The notes beneath the pieces are model-generated. The model had not been told where the DNA came from, made no database searches, and worked only from the letters and a program-made list of their open reading frames with translations. 64,000 nucleotides of DNA, taken from an uncultured Pelagibacteraceae bacterium (lineage in GTDB: Bacteria; Pseudomonadota; Alphaproteobacteria; Pelagibacterales; Pelagibacteraceae). A program made the translations under genes and the position numbers. Below, one piece after another: positions 37,635 through 47,865 of this stretch (within the stretch, counting starts at the first letter, position 1; each line of letters starts with the position of its first letter). The stretch is from assembly GCA_902615145.1 (NCBI GenBank), contig CACMNK010000002.1:20838-84837 (forward strand), read 5' to 3'.

Positions 37635-40600
37635 TAATTTTCTCGCCAATTTCCTCTGAATACTGAGATTGCTCCGTCATTAGAAAGTAAAGATATAAGT
37701 GTATCTTCTTGGTCTTCACTATCTGTTGTAATGTTTGCAAAAAGTTTATCTGCAAATACCTCTAACTTCGAAAGAACACCAGGTTGTAAATAATAACAAC
37801 CTGTCTTTTCATCAAAGCCTGCATTTGCATCCATCTGTCTGCTTGCTCGTCCAATTTCTTCTGAGGTATTAATTCCACATTCATCATCAGCTGCACAGAC
37901 ATAAGCGTTTCCGACATTACACTTTCCGCCCTCTGGTGGTTGATAAACAGGATAATAAACCGTGCCCTTAAACACAGTGGGTGATGCAGTAGCTTTGTGA
38001 TATAAATTTTGTGTTAAATTTGGAGCTCCTGTATCAGTAACTAAAGACTCGTCTTGTCTTTTGTCAAATGGCTTATCTAATTTAAAAACCCAGGCGTCCT
38101 TAGATATCGCAGGACAATCCCCCTGATCATTTGTTTCGTCAGCAGTATTTACACAATTTGAACTTAAACTATATCCGTCTTCTGCATCAATCTTTCTTGC
38201 ATTCATAGCCTCTGTTAAAGACCCGACGCCTCCAGAATTTACCATTCTAAAATTTGGAAAATCAAAATCTCTTATTCCATATAAGATGTTATCCATTCCT
38301 CTTGATCTCCGCGCGATGTCATTAAAGTCCCCAGTGGCTCCAAACAAATATAAGTTTTTAGTATCCATTCCAAAAGCAGCGTCCATTCCAAAAAAACTAA
38401 CTCTGCCGTTTTCCTCGTTTGTATTTAGAGAAAATAAAGTAGTATGATCATATAATTCTATTGGCGCCGGATTAGAGCCTTTAGAAGTCAGTTCATTAGT
38501 TAAGTTAATTTTTGAAATTTTCCCCTCATAATCGTTTACATAAACCATTGCTCCCCGCCATTTCGCACCTCTAAAAGTATCTGGAGTAATTACCACTGGG
38601 TCGCCCAGTACTGAATTAGGAAGATCGTTTAATGTACCTCCATAAGCACTTTCAAATGAATTATCGATATCGACTAAATCGATTAACCCATTCCCTCCGC
38701 TAGCTATTTTCCCAGGGTATTGGCCTCCACTTTGCTCACTCATGGACTCTAAATCTATTACATATACAGCTGAACCAACACCACCAACTCTACCAAATCC
38801 AGCGGGCATTACTGCAACATATCTGTCACTATCTATAGATTCTTCTCTTTCAACTGGAAGTCTGAATATTCTTGGCGTTGCCCAAGTTTCACCCATCTTA
38901 CTATAATCATATACTGGGTTTTCAGTTCCTATATTAGGAATTTTAACAGTAAAGAAAGTTGTCTCATCATCGGATGCTAGAGAACCGTCATCTTCACTCA
39001 GATTAATTACTAGTTCCTCTCTAAATGTAATTGTTGCTAATGATGCTTCTTGTACAATCGTATCTACGGTTAATGATGTAACGGTTCCATCTATAACTTT
39101 TTGAACAGGTAAAGTTGATGGATCATCAATAAATTCTTGCGGCATAATATATGGAAATCTCCAAACTCTGCCTTTGTAACAAGCGGCTGTACCACCCGAG
39201 TAAAAATTACTGTCGGTCACACAATCTCTAATCTTATCTCTTTCAGTATAATCATTACCAGTGCTATCAGTAGCTAGGTCAGCATTTCTAGCTTGTTCAA
39301 TATTAAATTTAGCGTTTTTAGCTTCCTCTGAGTCATTAATATTCAAACTTCCACCCGTATAATCTAATGCTGGAGCTGGTGAGTCTTCACTGTTAATTAT
39401 TGTACCATCACTTAAAGCTATCATAACTTTACTTCGAACAAAATCATTGTAAACAGAGAATACATGAATTGGTTCTAATGGCTCTGTCACATCTAAAATA
39501 GAATATCCTGCACCACCTCTTCCGTAAGGAATCATTAATATAGTACGCCAAGATTTTGTTGCCTCTGGCTGCCCATCAGGTTTCACAGCTTTAATAAACA
39601 TGTCATGTACAACTGGTGAACCATCAACTGCAAATATTGCATTCGTACCGCCTTTTCCATTACCAATTGCTTGATCTAGGTTATCATTTACCATCTCCGG
39701 TAACTTTCCAGCAATGAACGGTGGAACAAAACCCCAAAGCTCTTCTCCGTTTTTAGCATCAAATGCATGCAACATTCCATCATTAGCTCCTACATAAAGA
39801 ACTCTTTGCCTTTGGCTTAAACTAGAAGCAAAACCAGCATAACCATTTTTTTGTCTGTAGTATGCTTCTTGATTTGTGGCTGTGTAGTTTGTGTTTGCGC
39901 CTGGAGGTCCAACCTCAACAATCTGAGAATGATATATGTCCCCAAGAATATTTTCTCTCTTATCTCCTTTTCCAGAACATCTGTCGTTACCTGTGCGGTA
40001 AAGAAAGTAATCCGCACCTCTGACGAAATTAATCAAACCTTTTATATCATCATCATTTCCATCTGGTCCTGGACAAGTAGAACCCGTTTTATGATAATCG
40101 GTAACGGTGTTTCCTAAAATTTGAAATAATTTATTAATTTCAGAACTGTTTCCTTCAACCCAGTTGTTCCATCCACTATCTACGTAACTTACACCTTGCA
40201 GAGGGGTCCAAATTTTTCTACTAGATATATCCCTGTCTGCTAATTTTTTAGCTGCATCCCAATTATTTGCAGGGTCCTCATGAATAACAAAACCGTCTGG
40301 TGTAACGCCCTTTCTCATTAGATGTCCTATCCACTGTTGTCCTTGTGCTAATGAAAATTGTCCCTGAAACAAATCTCCACCTTCTTGCACGGTAGCAGTT
40401 ATGGCTGGAGCAGAAAATGAGAGCCTACTAGCAATGATTCTCTCTATCTCACTTTTTAATTTTGTAACTAACTCTTTTGGATTTTCTGCAATAATTCTTT
40501 GTCTACATTCTGGATCTGTTTGAGCAGATGTACCAAAATTAGGATCATCACAACTACCAGCTTTTGCTGCTTCTTGAAATTGCTCGTCTCCTCTATCTTT

Positions 40601-42493
40601 TATTCCTCCGCCATAGGCTATAAAAATTGTCTTAACTCCTTTTGCATTTCCAAACCGATCCTTGTTTACCCCCGCTGCTGCACTATCAATTCTTAAATCT
40701 CTAATTTGTCTCAAAGCCCGGTCGTGGTGTTGCCACATACCATCACCTATTACAATAACGTAGTTAAGTTGACACTCTGGACCGTCTTTAGTTATTCCAA
40801 TGTTTGGGTCTAACATATACTCGTAAGCAAGTTGAGAAAAAGCAGTACCATCTGTTCCAAATCTTGTTTTCATTCTATCAACAGCTTCAACTATTCGATT
40901 AGATGTATTTGGTCCAATTCCTACAGGTATACAAGAATTGTCATCACATTGGACAGATTTACCTATAGGATGTTGGGCAGCGTTAGACCACCCCCGATAA
41001 TAATCACAAAAATCATTACACCTTTGAAATTTTTTTGCCTTAGGACACATGTTGTGACAAGAATATTCTGTAAACGGTAACCATTTTCCCTTAGCTCCTC
41101 TTCCGTTTGCTCTTGTTCCAGCATTCCAATATCCATAACCAAAATACGCTCCGCTAGTCAATGAGCTGTCGTTAACAACTGCTTTAATTGCTCTTTTGGC
41201 TCCTTCAGCTCTACTTACTATTTTAGTTCCAAGTTCATCAACCCAAGTCATGGATCCTCCGCTTATATCAAATTCTTGAATTGAATTTTTCGCATTACCA
41301 ACCCAAACTCTGTCATTCGACACATGAAGACCCATAGGTATATTAAAAAGAATATTTGATGCTGTGGACGCTGCTGGACCGAACCCCCCAACAGTTGCTG
41401 TAGTAGTTATGTTCGATGAGTTAATTGATAATTTTTGCAGTGTGTGGCTAGTGTTACTTGTTGCATAGATAATACTTTCATCTTGTGGATCAATACTCAT
41501 TTTTGCAACTAGATTGTAAACATTGCCATTAACATTTCTTTGAAAACGCGTAGGCGCTCCAAGATCTGGACAAAAGTTACCGCCTCCAGATGAAATTGAA
41601 ATTCTATAAATTTCTCCGCTAACAACGTAGTAAAGATTATTTCCACTATCCATAGAAATTGAACTTGTAGATCTTAAGTGGGTTCTAAATGTTGGATGAT
41701 ATCTATCAACAGGACAAAGCAATTGGTTACCAGTCGAGAGATTTCTTGAAAAAACAAATTCTTCTTGACCATATCTAAAACAAACCCATCTCTTTCTTTT
41801 TTTCTTTCCTACCCTTCTTTCATCAAGGCAGACTTCTTGATGACCTGTTACAATTAAATGGTCTTGGCTATCAATAGTTTTAATATCCAAACCTAGTGGA
41901 TACAATTTATCAAATCTTCCAGTAGACATTTTCCCAAGTTCAGTACTACTAATAACCTCTACGCAATTTCCATCGGCATCTATAGCTACAACAGACTCAT
42001 AATCATACGAAATTGAATAAATAACTTCTTTACCTGCTGGTGAAACTCCATTTACATCTGATGACTTATCCATTTCACGAACAGTTCTAACTCTGCTATC
42101 TTGTCTGCCAGTTTCTAATTCACACGAGGGCATACTGTTTGATCCTTGGAATAGCCTATCTCCCTTGCCATCACCATCAGGATCAACAAATGTTGGATCA
42201 AAATCCTCTGTGTCGTAATCAAATTTTATAATTGCGCCTCTAGCTTGCCCAACCATTACATCACCATCATCAAGCAAAATTAAATCATTTGGATTATAAA
42301 TTGCTGCACCACCAAAAGGGTTTCCGTTCATACTAGCTGATGTATCAAGAAGAATTAATATATTTGCTTTAACGTCTCCCGTGCCTGAACCGGGTGGTAA
42401 TGACTTTGAAAAAGCATTTTGATTAAACATCATAACTAATGCTAATAGATAGAAAAATAATCTTTTTATTGAGTCCATTTTAAACATTACCAA
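37631..42493 (-). CDS. pilY1: PilY1/PilC-type pilus tip adhesin with vWA domain (1620 aa)
   Basis: ILILLDTSASM (MIDAS), VIVIGDG; LGDIYHS, LYVGANDGMLHAFD, ELWGFVPP, VDGSP, GETWATP PilY1 propeller motifs. Confidence 0.9.
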   Translation of the reverse strand: MVMFKMDSIKRLFFYLLALVMMFNQNAFSKSLPPGSGTGDVKANILILLDTSASMNGNPFGGAAIYNPNDLILLDDGDVMVGQARGAIIKFDYDTEDFDPTFVDPDGDGKGDRLFQGSNSMPSCELETGRQDSRVRTVREMDKSSDVNGVSPAGKEVIYSISYDYESVVAIDADGNCVEVISSTELGKMSTGRFDKLYPLGLDIKTIDSQDHLIVTGHQEVCLDERRVGKKKRKRWVCFRYGQEEFVFSRNLSTGNQLLCPVDRYHPTFRTHLRSTSSISMDSGNNLYYVVSGEIYRISISSGGGNFCPDLGAPTRFQRNVNGNVYNLVAKMSIDPQDESIIYATSNTSHTLQKLSINSSNITTTATVGGFGPAASTASNILFNIPMGLHVSNDRVWVGNAKNSIQEFDISGGSMTWVDELGTKIVSRAEGAKRAIKAVVNDSSLTSGAYFGYGYWNAGTRANGRGAKGKWLPFTEYSCHNMCPKAKKFQRCNDFCDYYRGWSNAAQHPIGKSVQCDDNSCIPVGIGPNTSNRIVEAVDRMKTRFGTDGTAFSQLAYEYMLDPNIGITKDGPECQLNYVIVIGDGMWQHHDRALRQIRDLRIDSAAAGVNKDRFGNAKGVKTIFIAYGGGIKDRGDEQFQEAAKAGSCDDPNFGTSAQTDPECRQRIIAENPKELVTKLKSEIERIIASRLSFSAPAITATVQEGGDLFQGQFSLAQGQQWIGHLMRKGVTPDGFVIHEDPANNWDAAKKLADRDISSRKIWTPLQGVSYVDSGWNNWVEGNSSEINKLFQILGNTVTDYHKTGSTCPGPDGNDDDIKGLINFVRGADYFLYRTGNDRCSGKGDKRENILGDIYHSQIVEVGPPGANTNYTATNQEAYYRQKNGYAGFASSLSQRQRVLYVGANDGMLHAFDAKNGEELWGFVPPFIAGKLPEMVNDNLDQAIGNGKGGTNAIFAVDGSPVVHDMFIKAVKPDGQPEATKSWRTILMIPYGRGGAGYSILDVTEPLEPIHVFSVYNDFVRSKVMIALSDGTIINSEDSPAPALDYTGGSLNINDSEEAKNAKFNIEQARNADLATDSTGNDYTERDKIRDCVTDSNFYSGGTAACYKGRVWRFPYIMPQEFIDDPSTLPVQKVIDGTVTSLTVDTIVQEASLATITFREELVINLSEDDGSLASDDETTFFTVKIPNIGTENPVYDYSKMGETWATPRIFRLPVEREESIDSDRYVAVMPAGFGRVGGVGSAVYVIDLESMSEQSGGQYPGKIASGGNGLIDLVDIDNSFESAYGGTLNDLPNSVLGDPVVITPDTFRGAKWRGAMVYVNDYEGKISKINLTNELTSKGSNPAPIELYDHTTLFSLNTNEENGRVSFFGMDAAFGMDTKNLYLFGATGDFNDIARRSRGMDNILYGIRDFDFPNFRMVNSGGVGSLTEAMNARKIDAEDGYSLSSNCVNTADETNDQGDCPAISKDAWVFKLDKPFDKRQDESLVTDTGAPNLTQNLYHKATASPTVFKGTVYYPVYQPPEGGKCNVGNAYVCAADDECGINTSEEIGRASRQMDANAGFDEKTGCYYLQPGVLSKLEVFADKLFANITTDSEDQEDTLISLLSNDGAISVFRGNWRENY

Positions 42494-43023
42494 TACTGCC
42501 TATATTCATTAGTTGTAATTATTAATTCTTCCTCGACCAAAACATCAAATCTTAAAGTTTTACTATAATAATATTTCTTATTATCCTTCTCCCAACTAAT
42601 ATGTCCAAGCCATTTCGGATCAAAAACTTCTTTGGCTTCTTCTCCATAATTTTCTTGAATATAATAAAAGAGAAAAGATTTTTTATCATTTATCTTAGAT
42701 ATATTGTTATTAAGAATTAACTCATAACCAATAACAGTTTCTCCACCTAGAGAGTGAATTCTAATTTCAGTTTCCTCTGGATGATGATCTGGACACCAAT
42801 TTTTAAAATTCGTTGTTGCAAACCAATAATTTGTTTTTTCAGCGCTAGGATTCATATCTATTAATTCAATATTCTTATCTATATCAGGCTCACCTAACAT
42901 TTCAGTGACACTTGAAAAACTTTCTCCAATTTCAAATTCAAGATCACATTCTTCAGAATAAACAGGATTAAATTTTAGAAAAGTTAGTAAAAACAAAGTT
43001 AGTAAAAATATATTTTTTCTCAT
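42487..43023 (-). CDS. Secreted hypothetical protein in the minor-pilin operon
   Basis: Signal peptide; acidic; tightly packed between pilX and pilY1. Confidence 0.75.
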   Translation of the reverse strand: MRKNIFLLTLFLLTFLKFNPVYSEECDLEFEIGESFSSVTEMLGEPDIDKNIELIDMNPSAEKTNYWFATTNFKNWCPDHHPEETEIRIHSLGGETVIGYELILNNNISKINDKKSFLFYYIQENYGEEAKEVFDPKWLGHISWEKDNKKYYYSKTLRFDVLVEEELIITTNEYRQYW

Positions 43024-43027
43024 AATT

Positions 43028-43924
43028 TTAAGTCGGCATTACCACAATACTTTCCAAAGGTATTAAAATTTCAACCTCTCCATTGTGGAATTCTCCTCTA
43101 CTCCCTGGCCCATAAAGAATCCCACAAGAATATATTTTATATGCTGTTCCTTGTGAGTCAACGTTACTGACGTCTGTTGCAATACTAGATCCATCATTTC
43201 TATATGCAGCTGCCCCCACATTTACGATAAAATATTCATAAGCAAATCTTTTTAAGAAATTGAATTCTGCGCGAATAAATTTTTCTTTTTCCTCAAAATC
43301 CCTAGGATTGTCGCCTCTCTCATTAACTACTTCATCATCAGTGTTAAAACTTGTACTGTCAGGATCTAAACATTCCGCATTTGTTCCTGTGCATAGAAGT
43401 GGTCCAACGATATCCAAAAAACTTTTTTCAACTGGAAGTTGGCCTTTTCCAATAATTGATACGTTATCATCTCCATCTGTATCTATGTTTTTAAAACTCA
43501 TTAAGCATTGTGAGCTATCTCTTGCAACTTTTGTATCATTTTGAGCTGGTCCTCGTATAAATGTATGTCTAAAGAAACCATTTTCTGATTTGCTTGTGTA
43601 CTCAGTTTTTGTATCCTGCCATATCTCATTTTTAACATCCCAGACTGCTGCCGGACCTGGTTCATCAGGACGACTTCCAAGAACTTTATCGTCTGTGGGC
43701 ACGCTATTCATCCAAGGTCCAAGATATTTATCCAGGATCCATTTCTCTCCCTCTAAAAGACCAGCTTCAGCAACATAAAAAGTTTGCTGGTACTGATCGC
43801 TACTATTGTTACTTTGGTGATCCCCTGATGAAATAACTATTAATGAACCGCCCATCAAAGACATTACTATTAAAAGTATAATTGATAAAACTAATGCAAA
43901 TCCTTTTTCTTTATTATTATTCAT
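43028..43924 (-). CDS. pilX: PilX-like minor pilin
   Basis: KG|FALVLSIILL lacking E5; TFYVAEAGL PilX signature. Confidence 0.85.
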   Translation of the reverse strand: MNNNKEKGFALVLSIILLIVMSLMGGSLIVISSGDHQSNNSSDQYQQTFYVAEAGLLEGEKWILDKYLGPWMNSVPTDDKVLGSRPDEPGPAAVWDVKNEIWQDTKTEYTSKSENGFFRHTFIRGPAQNDTKVARDSSQCLMSFKNIDTDGDDNVSIIGKGQLPVEKSFLDIVGPLLCTGTNAECLDPDSTSFNTDDEVVNERGDNPRDFEEKEKFIRAEFNFLKRFAYEYFIVNVGAAAYRNDGSSIATDVSNVDSQGTAYKIYSCGILYGPGSRGEFHNGEVEILIPLESIVVMPT

Positions 43925-44904
43925 TAATTAGTCATTCCTATTCCACCCAAGTTTCTTGTATGCACTGTTAAAAAAATTGGATCTCTTTTGAAAGCAGCAT
44001 CTTCACCAGTAAATTCTGTAGCTTCTCTTCCCAGTGATAAAATTTGTCTTTTTGTTCCCTGCCTAAGATTTTTAAAAAAACCCGATTTTGAAGCTGATCT
44101 AAATGTTAAAGTAATATCAACCGATCGAATATCATAAATATTTTCAGGATCTTTTGGATCTGCATCCACTGCTCGACCAAATTTATCCATAGCAACAAAT
44201 GACATATCGGATAAATATTCTCTAACTAACTGACCAGAATAACAATCATTATCTGGAGGACAATTGTTGACGACCCATTCACCATCTGGGTCATCTATAG
44301 CCTGTTTCCAATATTTCTTTGATCTAAAAACTCCATAAAATTTATCATTATCTTTTTGCATAGCATGAGCAAAATAAGAGATCTTATATCTTGTATAAAA
44401 TTGTTCTCCGGAACCAACATCAGCGTTTGCATCAAAGTCTCCATAAACAATATGGATCTGATCACAACAAACATTGTTTATTTTTTCATCAATCAAAGTA
44501 TATCCAGGAACAACAGGGTCTTGATCAGACAATCTAGTTGCATCCCCAAGTCTATTTCTATAAATAACAACTGGTGCATGGCTTTCTTTTTCTTCAGCAG
44601 CAGTATCACCTGGCACAAATTGCAGATAATCAATTCTAGGAATTCTCTCTGCTTCAGGTCTTGCTTCATTCTCAGCATTGTAACCATAGTAATATTTAAA
44701 ACCGGCCATCCTTACGTCTCTCATTATCATGGAAACTATATCTCTTCCTGACTTACTAATACCAGCAACATCCGATACCCTAGAATAAGTTTGGTTTATT
44801 ACTGAATAAGTGGTGTACATTGCACCAATTATTATTGCGGATATGACGATACCTATAAGCATCTCTATCAAACTAACTCCTGCATTTTGATGAGTTCTTA
44901 TCAT
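43924..44904 (-). CDS. pilW: PilW-like minor pilin
   Basis: AG|VSLIEMLIGIVI; MRDVRMAGF PilW signature. Confidence 0.85.
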   Translation of the reverse strand: MIRTHQNAGVSLIEMLIGIVISAIIIGAMYTTYSVINQTYSRVSDVAGISKSGRDIVSMIMRDVRMAGFKYYYGYNAENEARPEAERIPRIDYLQFVPGDTAAEEKESHAPVVIYRNRLGDATRLSDQDPVVPGYTLIDEKINNVCCDQIHIVYGDFDANADVGSGEQFYTRYKISYFAHAMQKDNDKFYGVFRSKKYWKQAIDDPDGEWVVNNCPPDNDCYSGQLVREYLSDMSFVAMDKFGRAVDADPKDPENIYDIRSVDITLTFRSASKSGFFKNLRQGTKRQILSLGREATEFTGEDAAFKRDPIFLTVHTRNLGGIGMTN

Positions 44905-45638
44905 TCTCCAGCTCCTCTAGCTCGATATTTAGGCTCATAGTCTGCTTGGAAATATAAAAATCTTCTTTTTTTTCCATCATTTAAATTGAATTGAATTCTT
45001 CCTACATACATTCGATCATCAAATATGTTATTATTGGTATACGTACATTTATTTGATTCCCAACGACACATATCAAACATCTTAATCGACTTTGTATCTT
45101 TTTCGGTTTTACATTTAATTAATTGATCTTGATTTAAAATTGCCTGCCATTTCAGTATTTGGTTTGAAGCAGCACTTTTTCCTCCCCAAATTGATGCCTC
45201 ATCTTTTTTATAAAGAGGCAACTTATCTTCTGTCGAGCATCTATCCGTATTTATGATAGAATTTATATTATTAAGCTTAGTGTCTGATCCACAAGCATTA
45301 GTATCGTCAGTTTCTTCAAAATCTAAATTTGTATAAAACTGTACAAATTTTGCACAAGCTTTTCGATCTAACTCTGATGGCATAAATGCTTTACCATCCT
45401 CAAAAATCAATGCTTGTTCATCATTTTCACTTACCCCTACATAAGTATCTTTATAACCGAGCACTCCTTCTGCAATCATTCCAACTAAATGTCCAGCTTT
45501 TGACCTCTCTCCTGAAACATCAATAGAATTTACTGCATAGCCAACCATTTGAAAAATTCCTATGAAACCAATACCAACTATTACGCTTGCAACAATTGCC
45601 TCTAATATACTCATTCCTTTTTCTGTATTATTCTTCAT
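44901..45638 (-). CDS. pilV: PilV-like minor pilin
   Basis: KG|MSILEAIVASVIVGIG; position in the fimT-V-W-X-Y1 order. Confidence 0.78.
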   Translation of the reverse strand: MKNNTEKGMSILEAIVASVIVGIGFIGIFQMVGYAVNSIDVSGERSKAGHLVGMIAEGVLGYKDTYVGVSENDEQALIFEDGKAFMPSELDRKACAKFVQFYTNLDFEETDDTNACGSDTKLNNINSIINTDRCSTEDKLPLYKKDEASIWGGKSAASNQILKWQAILNQDQLIKCKTEKDTKSIKMFDMCRWESNKCTYTNNNIFDDRMYVGRIQFNLNDGKKRRFLYFQADYEPKYRARGAGE

Positions 45639-45639
45639 T

Positions 45640-46323
45640 CTATTGAGTAACCCAATCTCCTTTTACTTCCGCCCATTTTTCAAGTTTTATATTTCCAAAT
45701 CTTGACCAAATAATGCGATAATCACATTGAGGACCTCTTCGTATATCCATTTCGTCCCTAGGATTTAAATGCTTATCACAAAGACCTCCAGTACCAAATA
45801 GTTCTAAAGAATTTTCTCCTTCTAAACCATCAGTAGTACTATACCATCTTCCGTCTTTAGAAAAACATACTCCTTCCTCAGCGTCAGGTTCTAAGGTTGT
45901 TTGAAGATTATCTAAAACTACACTAGATACCTCGGGCCTATCAGATATGGTACCATCATGATCCCAGTCAGCTATATCTGCAGAGCATCTTTCAGATGCA
46001 TTTCTAAAAGCTCCTGAAGTAATTTTGTCACCTAATGTATCAGCTGTTATTCCTCTTGATGTAATTGTAATAGAAGTACCAGCATCATCTGAAACCTCAT
46101 TAATTATGTAAACTTGAACAAACGCATATAGTCCTCTTTGCACTTGTGAATTTATTTTATCAAACACATTAAATGCTTTCAGGACATCTGATTGCACTGT
46201 TCTAGCTTTATTCCAATCTGATATTCGTGGATAAGAAATAGCTGCCAGAACGCCTACAATACATAGCACAACTATAACTTCTAAAGTTGTAAAACCTTTA
46301 TTGTTCTCTACCAGCTGATGCAT
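45640..46323 (-). CDS. FimT/FimU-like minor pilin
   Basis: KG|FTTLEVIVVLCIVGVLAAISYP; start probably ATG 46323, overlapping the pilT end (ORF track gives 46344). Confidence 0.8.
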   Translation of the reverse strand: MHQLVENNKGFTTLEVIVVLCIVGVLAAISYPRISDWNKARTVQSDVLKAFNVFDKINSQVQRGLYAFVQVYIINEVSDDAGTSITITSRGITADTLGDKITSGAFRNASERCSADIADWDHDGTISDRPEVSSVVLDNLQTTLEPDAEEGVCFSKDGRWYSTTDGLEGENSLELFGTGGLCDKHLNPRDEMDIRRGPQCDYRIIWSRFGNIKLEKWAEVKGDWVTQ

Positions 46324-47311
46324 CAATTTTACCTGCTTTAACAAGTTCTTCCAATGATTTGGTCATTGTAATCATTCCTTCCTTAACGGCGGTCTGCATG
46401 ATGCTTGGTATTTGGTGGATCTTAGATTCTCTAATTAAGTTTTGAATTGGTGCAGTACATTTCATTACCTCAAAGGCACCACAACGACCTTGCCCGTCTT
46501 TTGTTTTAAGAAGTCTTTGGGTTACGACCATTTTTAAAGATGTAGAAATTTGAGCTCTTATCTGCGCTTGTTGTTCTGGCGGGAATACGTCAATGATTCT
46601 GTTTATGGTACTTGGAGCACCGCTTGTATGCAAAGTTCCAAAAACAAGGTGACCCGTCTCAGCTGCAGTTAAAGCAAGTGAAACTGTTTCAAGATCTCTC
46701 ATCTCTCCTACTAATATAACATCTGGATCTTCTCTCAATGCGGCTTTTAATGCGCTAGCAAAAGATTGAGTTTGTTTTCCTACCTCTCTATGAGAAACAA
46801 TACTCTTTATATCTTTATGAATAAATTCAACTGGATCTTCAACCGTTATAATATTTGAAGTTCTTGTCTTGTTAATTTCATTAACTATTGCTGCAAGGGT
46901 TGTTGACTTACCCGAACCTGTTGGACCTGTCACTAAAACTAAACCTTTATGCATATCGATGATATCATAAAGAACAGGCGGTAGATCAAATTGATCCATC
47001 GTCGGGATTACACTCTCAACTCTTCTTAATACTGCAGCAGGACCATGAATAGTTTTGTAAAAGTTTGCTCTAAATCTTAGTCCACTCAAAGTTACTGAGG
47101 AATCTAATTCATGAGTATCCTTAAATCTATTCATTTCAATTTCATTACAGTTTGTTGATAATAAATCTTGAAGATCCTGGGCTTTGACTACAACCTCTTG
47201 AATTTTATGAATTTCACCAGTTTGACGATAAGCTAAAGGCCAACCACTTCTAATATGAAAGTCGGAAATTTTTTTATTATTTTTTGCAAGTTCTTCTAAT
47301 TTTTCAAACAT
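46298..47311 (-). CDS. pilT: Type IV pilus retraction ATPase PilT
   Basis: SDFHI, GPTGSGKST, EDPVE, ALREDPDVILVGEMRD, GTLHT, IQNLIRE (AIRNLIRE-like). Confidence 0.96.
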   Translation of the reverse strand: MFEKLEELAKNNKKISDFHIRSGWPLAYRQTGEIHKIQEVVVKAQDLQDLLSTNCNEIEMNRFKDTHELDSSVTLSGLRFRANFYKTIHGPAAVLRRVESVIPTMDQFDLPPVLYDIIDMHKGLVLVTGPTGSGKSTTLAAIVNEINKTRTSNIITVEDPVEFIHKDIKSIVSHREVGKQTQSFASALKAALREDPDVILVGEMRDLETVSLALTAAETGHLVFGTLHTSGAPSTINRIIDVFPPEQQAQIRAQISTSLKMVVTQRLLKTKDGQGRCGAFEVMKCTAPIQNLIRESKIHQIPSIMQTAVKEGMITMTKSLEELVKAGKIDASAGREQ

Positions 47312-47355
47312 AACAAATATTTATATATAATTATTAGAAAAAACAATATTAACTT

Positions 47356-47370
47356 AGCTCAGTTTGAGCA
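47356..47370. promoter_or_regulatory. Putative shared palindromic operator AGCTCA-GTT-TGAGCA upstream of pilT
   Basis: Perfect GCTCA-N3-TGAGC palindrome 45 bp upstream of pilT. Confidence 0.5.
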
Positions 47371-47383
47371 AAATAGTTCATTA

Positions 47384-47725
47384 TTAATAAAAAATATAAT
47401 ATAAAACCCAAGCTATTAATGAATATTCAAAAAATGTTTTTGTAGTAGTAAGTTGTTTTTCACTAAATTTTGACTTTAAATATTTACCTAAAAATTTAAA
47501 TCCAAGATGAGCTAAAATAATAGAGAAAATAATACCTGCCAAAATGTACTCAACAGAAAAATTTTTATACCCAAAATAAATTGCCACAATTAGAGTTAAC
47601 CAAGAAACCTTGGAGATAAACAATTTAAAGATTAGACCTGCTTTTTTACTAAAAATAGATTGTGTTTTAATTAAAGAGTAAGACCAGATCAAACCTACCA
47701 AAAAACTTAAATATTTTATAATCAT
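47384..47725 (-). CDS. Small integral membrane hypothetical protein
   Basis: 113 aa with about four hydrophobic segments. Confidence 0.7.
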   Translation of the reverse strand: MIIKYLSFLVGLIWSYSLIKTQSIFSKKAGLIFKLFISKVSWLTLIVAIYFGYKNFSVEYILAGIIFSIILAHLGFKFLGKYLKSKFSEKQLTTTKTFFEYSLIAWVLYYIFY

Positions 47726-47788
47726 CGGTAATTAAATAAATTAATAAATTCAACTATCAATATATAAATACGATTTATCAATCTTTTT

Positions 47789-47803
47789 GACCCAAAATGG
47801 TAA
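47789..47803. promoter_or_regulatory. Putative shared palindromic operator GACCCA-AAA-TGGTAA between divergent small genes
   Basis: Near match to the block-wide motif, centred in the 47726-47865 gap. Confidence 0.45.
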
Positions 47804-47865
47804 CTTTAACAAATATTACCTAGGACTCTTTTTATATTTTATTTTAGAATTATTAAAAAAAAAAT

